DNA from: Gammaproteobacteria bacterium
GTDB taxonomy: Bacteria; Pseudomonadota; Gammaproteobacteria; Eutrophobiales; Eutrophobiaceae
Assembly: GCA_965222155.1 (NCBI GenBank)
Contig: CBDCTH010000012.1
Location: 2,944,001-3,008,000, forward strand
DNA length: 64,000 nt
Reading direction: 5' to 3'
The notes below the pieces were generated by a model, which saw only the letters and a program-made list of their open reading frames with translations, did not search any database and was not told the DNA's origin. The position numbers and the translations under genes were made by a program. Each line of letters starts with the position of its first letter. Position 1 is the first letter of the stretch. This document shows positions 10,182-19,835 of this stretch, piece after piece.

Positions 10182-10622
10182 TCACTGTTCCGGCGGTTCG
10201 GTGATCAACCCGAGACCCTTCACGCCGGCGCCCTGCAGCAGGGCCATGGCTTGCACGACCCGACCGTAGTTGACGTCGACATCCCCTTTGACCAGCACCG
10301 GAAGTTTGGGACGATACTTGATTAATGCGCCGACCCGATTAACCAGCACTTCAGGGGTAACGGGCTGATCCTGGTTCTCGCCATAATTGATGAAAAAGTT
10401 TCCTGCCGCATCCACGCTTATGATCACGGGATCATTATCACTGGCCGGCAAGGCTTCTGAAGGCACTTGCGGCAGGTCTATTTTAACTCCCTGACTGAGT
10501 AACGGCGCGGTAATCATGAATATGATCAACAACACCAGCATGACGTCGATATAGGGAACGACGTTGATCTCTGACATGGGGCGTTTTCGGTTGCGGTGTC
10601 GCATCGGTACGGCTTCAGCCAT
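10182..10622 (-). CDS. tolR: TolR
   Basis: EINVVPYIDVMLVLLIIFM; start trimmed to the ATG at 10622. Confidence 0.95.
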   Translation of the reverse strand: MAEAVPMRHRNRKRPMSEINVVPYIDVMLVLLIIFMITAPLLSQGVKIDLPQVPSEALPASDNDPVIISVDAAGNFFINYGENQDQPVTPEVLVNRVGALIKYRPKLPVLVKGDVDVNYGRVVQAMALLQGAGVKGLGLITEPPEQ

Positions 10623-11289
10623 GGGTCTGCCGATGCAGGATGGCGGAGAACTCTTCCATGAACGTGTCATAGCGATTGATCAGCCGTTCCACGTCGTTGG
10701 AAAACCGGTTATAGGCAATCACCGCGGGTATGGCGGCAAACAGGCCCATCGCAGTGGCAACCAGGGCTTCCGCTATGCCCGGCGCAACCATGGAAATCGA
10801 CGCCTGCTGGACATTCCCCAAGGCGCGGAAACTGTTCATAATACCCCATACCGTTCCGAACAAGCCAATATACGGACTGGTTGAACCCACCGTGGCGAGG
10901 AATGACAGGTGTGCCTCCAGTTCTTCAATTTCCTTGTTGAACGCCACGCGCATGGCCCGTTGCGATCCCTCCATGACCGCATCCGCGACAACGCCTCCGT
11001 GCTTTTGCAGGCGCACAAATTCCTTGAACCCGGCCTCGAACAACAGTTCCATGCCGCTTGCCTCATTGCGTTGCTTGCTGATCCGGTTATACAGGGGCGT
11101 CAATTCTTCGAGTGACCAGAACCGCTCTTCAAACAAATCGGCTTCGCGCTTGGCCCGGTTCAGCCAGATGCGCTTTTTAAATATCATCGTCCAGGACATG
11201 ACGGACGCGATAACCAGCATAATCATGACCGCCTGTACCGGCAGGCTGGCATTGGTGATCAAGTGAAAAAAGGACATGTCAGGAGTCAT
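10615..11289 (-). CDS. tolQ: TolQ
   Basis: SPYIGLFGTVWGIM, APGIAEALVATAMGLFAAIPA; start trimmed to 11289. Confidence 0.96.
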   Translation of the reverse strand: MTPDMSFFHLITNASLPVQAVMIMLVIASVMSWTMIFKKRIWLNRAKREADLFEERFWSLEELTPLYNRISKQRNEASGMELLFEAGFKEFVRLQKHGGVVADAVMEGSQRAMRVAFNKEIEELEAHLSFLATVGSTSPYIGLFGTVWGIMNSFRALGNVQQASISMVAPGIAEALVATAMGLFAAIPAVIAYNRFSNDVERLINRYDTFMEEFSAILHRQTHG

Positions 11290-11683
11290 GGGTAAAATCC
11301 GCAAGTAGTGTTGATGGCATACGTTTTGGTTTGTAACGGTCGGCACTGAGACAGGCGACGGCAATATCGGCTTCACACAGTTCCTCGTCATTCCGGCAAA
11401 TAGTCTGGTGAAACATCAGGCTGGCGCCGGTGGTTTTGTCGAGCGCTGCCGTAACGGTCAGTTCGTCGTCAAATACGGCAGGTCTTTTGAAGTTGATATT
11501 AATACGATTGACCACGAACAGGATGCCTTCTTCTGCGCGTAATTGCCCGTGGCTGTAGCCCAGGGCGCGCAGGTATTCAGTGCGCGCACGCTCCATATAT
11601 TTCAGGTAACAGGTGTGATAAACAATGCCACCGGCATCGGTATCTTCATAATAGACGCGTACAAGCCACTTGAATTCTTTCAT
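11279..11683 (-). CDS. ybgC: Tol-Pal-associated acyl-CoA thioesterase
   Basis: RVYYEDTDAGGIVYH..YLKYMERAR. Confidence 0.95.
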   Translation of the reverse strand: MKEFKWLVRVYYEDTDAGGIVYHTCYLKYMERARTEYLRALGYSHGQLRAEEGILFVVNRININFKRPAVFDDELTVTAALDKTTGASLMFHQTICRNDEELCEADIAVACLSADRYKPKRMPSTLLADFTHDS

Positions 11684-11714
11684 CTGGAGAGATCAGGTTG
11701 TCTTTCCGGCAAGG

Positions 11715-12767
11715 TTATCCGTCCGCAATGGATTGATCAAATAAATCATTTTCCGGCGCGTGTCCTTTCGGTACAGGCAGGCCGAAGTGGGCCCAGGCAT
11801 GTTTTGTCGCCACGCGGCCCCGGGCAGTACGCATCATGAATCCCTGCTGTATCAGGTACGGTTCAATGACGTCTTCTATCGTGTCTTTTACTTCACCCAG
11901 CGCGGCCGCAATACTGTCGATCCCCACCGGGCCGCCGTCAAATTTCTGGATGATGGCGAGCAGCAATTTGCGGTCCATCATATCAAAGCCGGACTCATCA
12001 ACGTTCAACATGTCCAAGGCACTGGTGGCAATTGCTTCACTGATATTGCCGTCTGCCTTGACCTCGCTGTAATCGCGCACGCGGCGCAGCAACCTGTTGG
12101 CAATACGCGGGGTGCCGCGCGCGCGCGTGGCGATCTCGCGGGCGCCGGCGGGCGCGACCGGCACGTCCAGAATATTCGCCGAACGGATAATTATATCGGC
12201 CAGATCCTCGCTGGAGTAAAATTCCAGACGTTGCACGATGCCGAACCGGTCTCGCAACGGTGAAGTCAGCAGCCCTGCCCGGGTGGTGGCGCCGACCAGA
12301 GTGAAATGGGGGACATCCAGCTTGATTGCTCGCGCCGCGGGCCCTTCACCGATCATTATGTCGATCTGGTAATCCTCCATTGCCGGGTAAAGGAGCTCTT
12401 CCACTACCGGGCTCAGGCGATGTATCTCATCGATGAACAACACGTCATTGGGTTCCAGGTTGGTGAGCAGGGCAGCCAGGTCGCCGGGGCGTTCCAGCAC
12501 CGGCCCTGATGTCTGTCTCAGGTTCACGTTCAACTCATTGGCGATAATATGCGCCAGGGTCGTTTTTCCCAGGCCGGGGGGACCGAAAATCAGTACGTGA
12601 TCCAGGGCTTCAGCACGGTTTCTGGCGGCGCTGATAAAAATTTCCATCTGTTCCTGGACAACCGGCTGGCCCCGGTAATCACTGAGCGTCCGCGGCCTTA
12701 AAGTATTTTCAACAGCACTATCTTCCGCCGAACTGTTTGCAGAGATGACCGGGTTGGATTCGTTCAT
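11715..12767 (-). CDS. ruvB: Holliday junction helicase RuvB
   Basis: [31 protein letters not shown]. Confidence 0.98.
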   Translation of the reverse strand: MNESNPVISANSSAEDSAVENTLRPRTLSDYRGQPVVQEQMEIFISAARNRAEALDHVLIFGPPGLGKTTLAHIIANELNVNLRQTSGPVLERPGDLAALLTNLEPNDVLFIDEIHRLSPVVEELLYPAMEDYQIDIMIGEGPAARAIKLDVPHFTLVGATTRAGLLTSPLRDRFGIVQRLEFYSSEDLADIIIRSANILDVPVAPAGAREIATRARGTPRIANRLLRRVRDYSEVKADGNISEAIATSALDMLNVDESGFDMMDRKLLLAIIQKFDGGPVGIDSIAAALGEVKDTIEDVIEPYLIQQGFMMRTARGRVATKHAWAHFGLPVPKGHAPENDLFDQSIADG

Positions 12768-12795
12768 GTCAATTGGCTTCCATACATGGCAGAGG

Positions 12796-13398
12796 CTAAG
12801 TCAGCGCGGCCCTCAATGCCGCCCGGATCAAGGTTTCGCTGTCCATGTCGTTCTCGGCCACTCCATGGATGAGACGGCTGGCCTCCTGGGGTCTGTAGCC
12901 CAGAGTAATCAAGGCGCTGATGGCCTCGTTGGCCGGTTCCACAGCCCTTGCGCGTGGGCCGGCCCGGTCCTTGCTCGCCGGGCTCGTGCCCTGCCAGTCT
13001 TCCAGGCGGTCCCGCATTTCCACAATCAATCGTTCTGCCGTCTTTTTGCCGACGCCCGGCAAGCGGGTCAGGCGTTCCGCATCCCCCGCTTCAATACAAT
13101 GTTTAAATTCAACGGCGCCAATTCCGGATAATATGGCAAGGGCCATTTTTGCCCCCACACCGCTGACTTTGATCAAGGCGCGGAACACATAGCGTTCATC
13201 CTCAGTGACAAAAGCATATAATAAGTGCGCGTCTTCCCGTACTATCAGGTGGGTCAGGAGTTCAACTTCCTCACCGGTTTCCGGCAGCAGGTAGAACGTG
13301 TTCATGGATGCCTCCAGTTCGTAACCCACGCCTTGTACATCCAGCGTTAACCCCGGCGGCTGCTTCTTTATTATCCTGCCGCGTAAAAACCCAATCAC
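12796..13398 (-). CDS. ruvA: Holliday junction binding protein RuvA
   Basis: GTG start (IGFLRG), [25 protein letters not shown]. Confidence 0.96.
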   Translation of the reverse strand: MIGFLRGRIIKKQPPGLTLDVQGVGYELEASMNTFYLLPETGEEVELLTHLIVREDAHLLYAFVTEDERYVFRALIKVSGVGAKMALAILSGIGAVEFKHCIEAGDAERLTRLPGVGKKTAERLIVEMRDRLEDWQGTSPASKDRAGPRARAVEPANEAISALITLGYRPQEASRLIHGVAENDMDSETLIRAALRAALT

Positions 13399-13913
13399 TG
13401 CGAACGCCTCTTCACGGGCGCGGAAATATCCTTCAGGCGCAATATAGCCTCCCGTGAATGTCCGTGACACAGGGCAATGGCCAGGGCATCGGCGGCATCG
13501 GACTGGGGGAGTTCGGTCAGGCACAACAGGACCTTCACCATGTATTGTACCTGTGATTTGGCAGCGTGGCCCTTGCCCACAGTGGCTTGTTTTACCTGGT
13601 TGGCGGTATATTCAAAAACAGGCAGGTCCTGCTCGGCGCAGGCGGTAACAGCACACCCCCTGGATTGTCCCAGTTTTAACGCAGAATCGGCATTACGATA
13701 CATGAAGACTTTTTCGATGGCGCATTCGTTTGGCCGGAACTGTTTTATCACCGCGCTAAGTTCCCGGAAGATCTGTCGCAACCTGTCGGACAACTGCTCC
13801 CCCTGAACCGTGATGTAGCCGTGGGAGATGTGGACAGCGTGATTGCCGTCCATATCGATTACGCCGTAACCCGTACACTGAGAACCCGGATCGATCCCGA
13901 GGATACGAATCAT
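13395..13913 (-). CDS. ruvC: Crossover junction endonuclease RuvC
   Basis: ILGIDPGS..TGYG, AIEKVF, DAADALAIALCH. Confidence 0.97.
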   Translation of the reverse strand: MIRILGIDPGSQCTGYGVIDMDGNHAVHISHGYITVQGEQLSDRLRQIFRELSAVIKQFRPNECAIEKVFMYRNADSALKLGQSRGCAVTACAEQDLPVFEYTANQVKQATVGKGHAAKSQVQYMVKVLLCLTELPQSDAADALAIALCHGHSREAILRLKDISAPVKRRSQ

Positions 13914-13951
13914 GCTGCTTCCCAGGTTAACACTGCAGGCACATGTCCGGG

Positions 13952-14698
13952 TCAATCCAACTGAGCCAGGATGTCATCCGGGATTTCCGCGTTGGAATAC
14001 ACTTTTTGCACGTCATTCAGGTCTTCCAGGGTATCCAGTAATCGCAGCATGGTCTGTGCGCCTTGCAGGTCCAGCGTAATGCCGGTTGCCGCGCGCATCG
14101 TGACCTCCGCCGCATAGGGCAGGTAACCGGTTTGCACCAGCCTGTCTTTTACATCGAGAAAATCATCCGGCAGCGTCAATACATCAACGGAGTCGTCATC
14201 ATTGGTGGCGACATCTTCCGCACCGGCATCCAGCGCCGCCTCCAGCAGTGCGTCCTCATCGGTCCCGGCCGGGTAGGAAAGCACGCCCACCTTGGAAAAC
14301 AGGTACGCGACCGAACCATCGGTTCCCAGGTTGCCCCCACACTTGGTAAAGGCATGGCGCACTTCCGCGACGGTACGGTTGCGATTGTCGGTCATACAGT
14401 CAACCATCACGGCAACACCCCCTGGCCCATAGCCTTCGTAACGTACTTCTTCCAGGCTGTCACCCTCACCGCTACCCGCGCCTCGCTTCACTGCCCGTTC
14501 AATGGTGTCCTTGGGCATATTTCCGGCCAGGGCATTGTCGATAGCCGCGCGCAATCTCGGATTTCCGCCAGGGTCGGCGCCGTCGAGTCTGGCCGACACC
14601 GTGATTTCACGAATCAGTTTGCCGAATAATTTCCCCCGCTTGGCATCCTGTCGTCCTTTGCGATGCTGAATGTTTGCCCATTTACTGTGTCCCGCCAT
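13952..14698 (-). CDS. yebC: YebC/PmpR family protein
   Basis: MAGHSKWANIQHRK, YEGYGPGG, TDNRNRT. Confidence 0.97.
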   Translation of the reverse strand: MAGHSKWANIQHRKGRQDAKRGKLFGKLIREITVSARLDGADPGGNPRLRAAIDNALAGNMPKDTIERAVKRGAGSGEGDSLEEVRYEGYGPGGVAVMVDCMTDNRNRTVAEVRHAFTKCGGNLGTDGSVAYLFSKVGVLSYPAGTDEDALLEAALDAGAEDVATNDDDSVDVLTLPDDFLDVKDRLVQTGYLPYAAEVTMRAATGITLDLQGAQTMLRLLDTLEDLNDVQKVYSNAEIPDDILAQLD

Positions 14699-14792
14699 GT
14701 CTTACTCATCCTGTATTCTATCCCGTGTAATTTTATCACTTGACACAGGGACAGGAAAGTTTATCGACATGGCAACAGCAGTTCCCGCTAAC

Positions 14793-14850
14793 TCCCGGGA
14801 GCGAGGGCATCCTGCCCTCGTGGAGGGCGAGACGCCCTCCCTCCCAGGGA
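14793..14850. repeat. REP-doublet-like inverted hairpin pair
   Basis: TCCCGGGAGCGAGGGCATCCTGCCCTCG / GAGGGCGAGACGCCCTCCCTCCCAGGGA: two imperfect palindromes in inverted orientation. Confidence 0.65.
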
Positions 14851-14869
14851 AACAAGCCCCGTGACTCCT

Positions 14870-14895
14870 GGGGGACAGATTTAAATCTGTCCCCC
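14870..14895. repeat. Palindrome family B copy 2
   Basis: Perfect 26-bp palindrome GGGGGACAGATTTAAATCTGTCCCCC. Confidence 0.8.
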
Positions 14896-15040
14896 CTGTC
14901 TTCGAAGCCGGCAATAATCACTGTATTGACCTCAATTTAGCGGGAGCACCTGACATGGCAACAACGGCAGCAGCAGCCCGCAAACTCCGGCTGACAGTGG
15001 CTGCCTGCAGTGCGCGTCCCGCGCTGGCAGCTCGACCGCG

Positions 15041-16114
15041 TCAGGCGTCACTGTTTCCGTATATGACTTGTCGGCGCCGGGCGGCAAAATCGAGCAGGCG
15101 TTCGATAGGAATCCTGGCGCGTTCAATGATCCCTGCGTCCACAAATATCTCATTTGCGCCCGATTTGAGCGTTGTCAGTAGTTTTGTCAGGCTGTTCATG
15201 GCCATCCACGGGCAATGGCCGCAGCTTTTGCAACTGGCGCCGCGGCCGGCAGTGGGCGCCTCGATAAAGGTTTTATCCGGGGCGGCCTGCTGCATCTTGT
15301 AAAAAATGCCCCGGTCGGTCGCCACGATGAACGTGTCTGCGTCCAGTTCCCGGGCCGCTTTGATGATGCCCGTGGTGGAGCCGACCATGTCGGCCTGGGC
15401 AATAACCGAAGCCGGCGACTCCGGATGCACCAGCACTTTGGCCAGGGGATATTGCCGCTTCAGTTCCACCAGTTCCCGGCCCTTGAATTCTTCATGGACG
15501 ATGCAACTGCCCTGCCACAATACCATGTTGACCCCGGATTGATCCTGAACGTATTCGCCCAGGTATTTATCCGGCGCCCACAGGATTTTTTTTCCATTGG
15601 CCGCCAGGTGTCTGACCACGTCCACGGCGCTGCCGGAGGTGACCATCCAGTCGGCGCGGGCCTTGACCGCGGCGCTGGTGTTGGCATAGACCACGACAGT
15701 GTGGTGCGGATAGGAATCACAAAAAGCACTGAACGCATCAATGGGGCAGCCCAGGTCCAGGGAACAATCCGCGTGCAGGTCCGGCATCAGCACGCGTTTT
15801 TCCGGGTTCAATATCTTCGCGGTTTCACCCATGAACCGCACCCCACATACGACCAGTGTAGTGGCTGCTGATTCGTGTCCGAAACGCGCCATATCGAGGG
15901 AGTCGGACACGTGCCCCCCGGTTTCATCGGCGAGTAACTGTAAGTCCGCGTCGGTGTAGTAATGGGCAACCAGCACGGCATTCTGTTCCCTCAACAACCG
16001 TTTAATCCGGTGAATACACTCGTCCCGTTGGTCCCGGCTGAGGGTTTCAACCAAGGTTTCCGGCACCTGTTCCGGCGGCAATCGATAATCCTGGGTAGTT
16101 ATGGCAGTTTGCAT
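15041..16114 (-). CDS. nadA: Quinolinate synthase
   Basis: [48 protein letters not shown]. Confidence 0.97.
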   Translation of the reverse strand: MQTAITTQDYRLPPEQVPETLVETLSRDQRDECIHRIKRLLREQNAVLVAHYYTDADLQLLADETGGHVSDSLDMARFGHESAATTLVVCGVRFMGETAKILNPEKRVLMPDLHADCSLDLGCPIDAFSAFCDSYPHHTVVVYANTSAAVKARADWMVTSGSAVDVVRHLAANGKKILWAPDKYLGEYVQDQSGVNMVLWQGSCIVHEEFKGRELVELKRQYPLAKVLVHPESPASVIAQADMVGSTTGIIKAARELDADTFIVATDRGIFYKMQQAAPDKTFIEAPTAGRGASCKSCGHCPWMAMNSLTKLLTTLKSGANEIFVDAGIIERARIPIERLLDFAARRRQVIYGNSDA

Positions 16115-16180
16115 CTCTTCGGAACCTCGACCTCCAAGTGGCGGTACGTCATGTCCATAGTCATGACATGGTCGAAGGTG

Positions 16181-16223
16181 AGTGTATTAATAACACTGTA
16201 ATCCTAGTGTATCAATTACACTA
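16181..16223. promoter_or_regulatory. Two tandem palindromic operators upstream of nadA, NrtR-like
   Basis: AGTGT-N7-ACACT at 16181-16197 and TAGTGT-N7-ACACTA at 16205-16223. GT-N7-AC is the NrtR-family core and NrtR commonly controls NAD genes. Confidence 0.6.
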
Positions 16224-16353
16224 AATCAAGATGTTAGGAATCTGTCTAAAATGAAAAGGAGGGGGGCGGTCTGATTATTGATATAATCAATTTCATATTT
16301 GAATGACGAGGCTAATCCCGGCTGTAGTTCCTGTTTAATTTGCTCAATGTCCA

Positions 16354-16806
16354 TTATGATCCCGGAATGCCCTTGGTTTCTGTTCGGTCATCATGCTTTG
16401 CTTGATGGTCAGGGTCATCTTCCGGATTCTCCCAAGTAATTTTTGCAGTTCCTATTTCTTTGCGGATGTTTTCCAAAACGAGCCTGATGCTGTCTCCTGA
16501 AGCACAGACTTTACCGACAACCATTGTTTCGTGGTTGTCAGCCTGCAAGCACCAATCCCAGTGGTCACGCTCTTCACTTTTACGATATTCAAATCGATAG
16601 CCCTTGTCCTGATTCTCCAGGTCTTTATTTTTCCCGATGGGTGCTCCAAGCACATCTTCGCGAATGCGTTTGATGGAAGCAACGATGTTGCCTTTAAAAG
16701 AAAGCCTTTCGCTATGAGCAATGACTTCCCCATCATTGTCCCTAAGACGCCAATGCCAGCATTGTTCACCTTGGCCTTCTAATTTGTTGATTTGATATTC
16801 GGACAT
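16354..16806 (-). CDS. YegP/DUF1508-like protein with two tandem domains
   Basis: WHWRLRDNDGEVIAHSE...IKRIRE and WDWCLQADNHETMVVGK...LENIRK; RBS AAGGAG. Confidence 0.7.
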   Translation of the reverse strand: MSEYQINKLEGQGEQCWHWRLRDNDGEVIAHSERLSFKGNIVASIKRIREDVLGAPIGKNKDLENQDKGYRFEYRKSEERDHWDWCLQADNHETMVVGKVCASGDSIRLVLENIRKEIGTAKITWENPEDDPDHQAKHDDRTETKGIPGS

Positions 16807-16996
16807 GTCTTATCTCCTTACCAATAATTGTATAATATATGGAGCATTTTCCTGCGCGACTTAAAGGATAAGAAAAAAACTTCTACTCCTTACTTTTCAA
16901 TCATGCATGATGGTACACTGCATAATGCAAAGTAAGATTATATTACTCTTATGTCAATAATGCTGACATTTTATGTTTTTGATAACTATGATATAA

Positions 16997-17096
16997 GGGA
17001 ACCTCTATTTATTCACAAATTGATATATTAGCGGTCAATGATTTCAATAAGTTAGCGACCCTGTGTATCAAAAACTGTCAATTATTAGAGGTTCCC
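16997..17096 (+). mobile_element. 100-bp MITE copy 1 (TIR GGGAACCTCTA, 4-bp target duplication ATAA)
   Basis: GGGAACCTCTA...TAGAGGTTCCC, ATAA on both sides; near-identical inverted copy at 32358-32457. Confidence 0.92.
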
Positions 17097-17129
17097 ATAA
17101 TTTTAAATGTCCATGCGGGGTAATATAAG

Positions 17130-17537
17130 GTGCCTACGAGCGTTAGCCTGACAGAACAATTCCAGCGTATCTTCGGAGAACGTATCAAAGCGCGACGCCG
17201 TGAGTTACATCTCACACAGCTAGAGCTATCTGAACACCTACACATATCCCGCACAATGCTTGCCAATATCGAAACGGGTACACAAAGAACTTCTGTGTTC
17301 CTGTTAGCGCGCTTGGCGCAAATCCTGAAGATTTCTACCGAAGGTTTGGTTCCGAACATTGCCGAAGCGGAGGCGCGACTTAAACAAAGTCGGAAGGTGT
17401 CTTTAGCAACTGAAACCCAACCGGAACTACTTGTTCGTGAATTAGGAGCGCTGAATATTTCCGTAAAGACCGGTTCTACCCTGGAAGAAGCCCTGAAAGA
17501 AGTTCGTCGCAAAGACAGCAAACATAGAAAGCCCTGA
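17130..17537 (+). CDS. XRE-family HTH transcriptional regulator
   Basis: FGERIKARRRELHLTQLELSEHLHISRTMLANIETGTQR plus a short C-terminal domain. Confidence 0.9.
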   Translation: MPTSVSLTEQFQRIFGERIKARRRELHLTQLELSEHLHISRTMLANIETGTQRTSVFLLARLAQILKISTEGLVPNIAEAEARLKQSRKVSLATETQPELLVRELGALNISVKTGSTLEEALKEVRRKDSKHRKP

Positions 17538-17617
17538 ATATATTTAAAAACAAATCCGACGCGGTAGCCTAAAGATGTCCGTAAACAGAACAGCGAATTC
17601 AAAATAACCAGAGGAGA

Positions 17618-18160
17618 GTGATGATGGCTAATTTATATAAAGATTTTGATGAAAAAGCACGAAAACTACTTGAACAATCAGCTGCATTGGCTCAGCCGGT
17701 AGACCTTGATCGGGTTGTCGAACACTTGAAACTTTCCGTGAACGAAAAACCGCTGGAAGAGGAGTACTCCGGCTTTTTGGCGGTAAAAGAGAAAACGATT
17801 GTCGTCAATTCGCGTCATGCACCGGTGCGGCGGCGGTTTACCGTCGCGCATGAGATCGGACACTATCAACTTCACAGACGGGGAAGAGCTGACACACCTG
17901 TTTTCATAGACCGCACGGTTTATCATCGTAAGGACAGCGCCGATGGTATGGAACATCGGATGGAACTGGAAGCAAATGCTTATGCGGCTGGCTTGTTGAT
18001 GCCTGAAGTATTGCTGGATGAATATCTTGAGAAACACCTTCGTCTCGACCTTGAAAAATCTGCAGACGTCAAGATGCTTGCCGAAGAATTCGAGGTCAGC
18101 CGGCCGGCCATGGAATATCGCTTGAAGAATCTAGGCTTCATATTACCGACCAGTTTTTAA
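17618..18160 (+). CDS. ImmA/IrrE (Peptidase M78/DUF955) Zn metallopeptidase
   Basis: RRRFTVAHEIGH (HExxH), ELEANAYAAGLLMP, LAEEFEVSRPAMEYRL. Confidence 0.93.
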   Translation: MMMANLYKDFDEKARKLLEQSAALAQPVDLDRVVEHLKLSVNEKPLEEEYSGFLAVKEKTIVVNSRHAPVRRRFTVAHEIGHYQLHRRGRADTPVFIDRTVYHRKDSADGMEHRMELEANAYAAGLLMPEVLLDEYLEKHLRLDLEKSADVKMLAEEFEVSRPAMEYRLKNLGFILPTSF

Positions 18161-18164
18161 CGCC

Positions 18165-19832
18165 ATGCCGACTCTGGATTTCAAAGGGAAGCAGGTAGTT
18201 TACGCGCATCACCTGAGCGTGCCATACCGAACGCTGGACGTGGTGCGTAAAAAATCGTTTCTGCCGGAAGGCGGGGCGGCGGAAGACAACCTGCTTATAC
18301 ACGGCGATAACCTGCACGCGCTCAAGGCCCTGATGCCGCGCTATGCCGGACGGGTGCACTGCATCTATATTGATCCGCCTTACAACACCGGCAATGAAGG
18401 CTGGGTTTATAACGATAACGTCAACTCGGACCTGATGAAGCGCTGGCTGAAAGAAAACGGTGAGGTGGACCGGGAAGACCCGGAGCGTCACGATAAGTGG
18501 CTGTGCATGATGTGGACGCGTTTGCAACTGTTGCGCGAACTGCTGGCCGAAGACGGCGTGATTTTTATTTCCATCGACGACAATGAACAGCATCGTTTGC
18601 GCATACTGATGGATGAAATTTTCGGGGAAGAGAATTTTGTCACTAACGTTATCTGGCAGAAGAAATACAGCCCGGCAAATGATGCAAAGTATTTTTCCGA
18701 TAATCACGACTTCGTGGTTTGCTATGCGAAGAACAAGTCGAATAACGGCGACGACAGTGACAAAACTGTCACTTGGCAACGCAATCTCCTGCCCCGCACC
18801 AAAAAACAGGACAAGCTCTATAAATATGATGACAAGGATGGGAGAGGCCCTTGGCAATCTGGTGATTTGAGCGTCAAAACCTATTCGTCTGAATACGATT
18901 ACTCATTCGTGAATCCCAATACCGGGCAAAAATATAACCCACCGGAAGGAAGGTGCTGGGTAACAAGTAAGGAGCAAATGCAGATATGGGTAGACGAGAA
19001 CAGGATTTTCTTTCCGCCGGGAGGTAGAAGCGTTCCAAGAATAAAACGTTATTTGAGAGAGGTTCAACAGGGGATCGTCCCCCTGACCATCTGGCCCTAT
19101 GACGAGGTGGGACATACGGATGGCGCCCGCAAGCTCCTGAAAGAGATCTTCAGCGACCAGCAGTTACCCTTTGATAACCCCAAGGCACTGGGATTGTTAC
19201 AGAGAATATTCACCATCGCGGCGGACAAGGACGCCATCATCCTTGACTCCTTCGCCGGTTCCGGCACCACGGCCCACGCCGTTCTGGCACTCAACAAAGA
19301 AGACAGCGGCAACCGCAAATTCATCCTGGTGGAATGCGAGGATTATGTGGACAGTATCACCGCAGAGCGCGTACGTCGCGTGATAAAAGGCGTCCCGAAA
19401 GCAAAGGATGAGAACCTGAAAAACGGGCTGGGCGGCAGCTTCGCCTTCTGTACCCTGGGCGAAGAACTCAACGTCGAAAACCTCATCACGGGGAAAACCA
19501 TACCGGATTATGACGCACTGGCGCGCCACGTCACCTATACCGCTACGGGTGTGACCCTGGAGAAAATCAAGGCCGGCAAGGATTATTGCTTCGGTGAGAC
19601 CGAAGAATACCGCCTGCATATGATTTACCGACCGGACATGGATTTTCTGCGTTCTGCCGAATCCGCCCTGACCCTGGACCTGGCGGAACGTATCGGCAAG
19701 GCGGCACAGCAAAAAGGCAAGACCGCGCTCGTTTTTGCACCGTGGAAATTCGTTTCGCAAAAAGACCTGAGCAAACAGAAGGTGACCTTCTGTCAGTTGC
19801 CTTATGCCATTCATCGCCTTTTTGGGGACTGA
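18165..19832 (+). CDS. mod: Type III R-M methyltransferase Mod (beta-class amino-MTase)
   Basis: IHGDNL..LK, IYIDPPYNTG, ISIDDNE, ILDSFAGSGTT. Confidence 0.93.
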   Translation: MPTLDFKGKQVVYAHHLSVPYRTLDVVRKKSFLPEGGAAEDNLLIHGDNLHALKALMPRYAGRVHCIYIDPPYNTGNEGWVYNDNVNSDLMKRWLKENGEVDREDPERHDKWLCMMWTRLQLLRELLAEDGVIFISIDDNEQHRLRILMDEIFGEENFVTNVIWQKKYSPANDAKYFSDNHDFVVCYAKNKSNNGDDSDKTVTWQRNLLPRTKKQDKLYKYDDKDGRGPWQSGDLSVKTYSSEYDYSFVNPNTGQKYNPPEGRCWVTSKEQMQIWVDENRIFFPPGGRSVPRIKRYLREVQQGIVPLTIWPYDEVGHTDGARKLLKEIFSDQQLPFDNPKALGLLQRIFTIAADKDAIILDSFAGSGTTAHAVLALNKEDSGNRKFILVECEDYVDSITAERVRRVIKGVPKAKDENLKNGLGGSFAFCTLGEELNVENLITGKTIPDYDALARHVTYTATGVTLEKIKAGKDYCFGETEEYRLHMIYRPDMDFLRSAESALTLDLAERIGKAAQQKGKTALVFAPWKFVSQKDLSKQKVTFCQLPYAIHRLFGD

Positions 19833-19835
19833 GCG

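Noticed and set aside
9564-10269. Long F/L/S/R-rich plus-strand ORFs
   Set aside because: Antisense to the low-complexity TolA stalk.
18165-19832. Phase-variable mod (phasevarion)
   Set aside because: No simple sequence repeat tract seen in or before mod.
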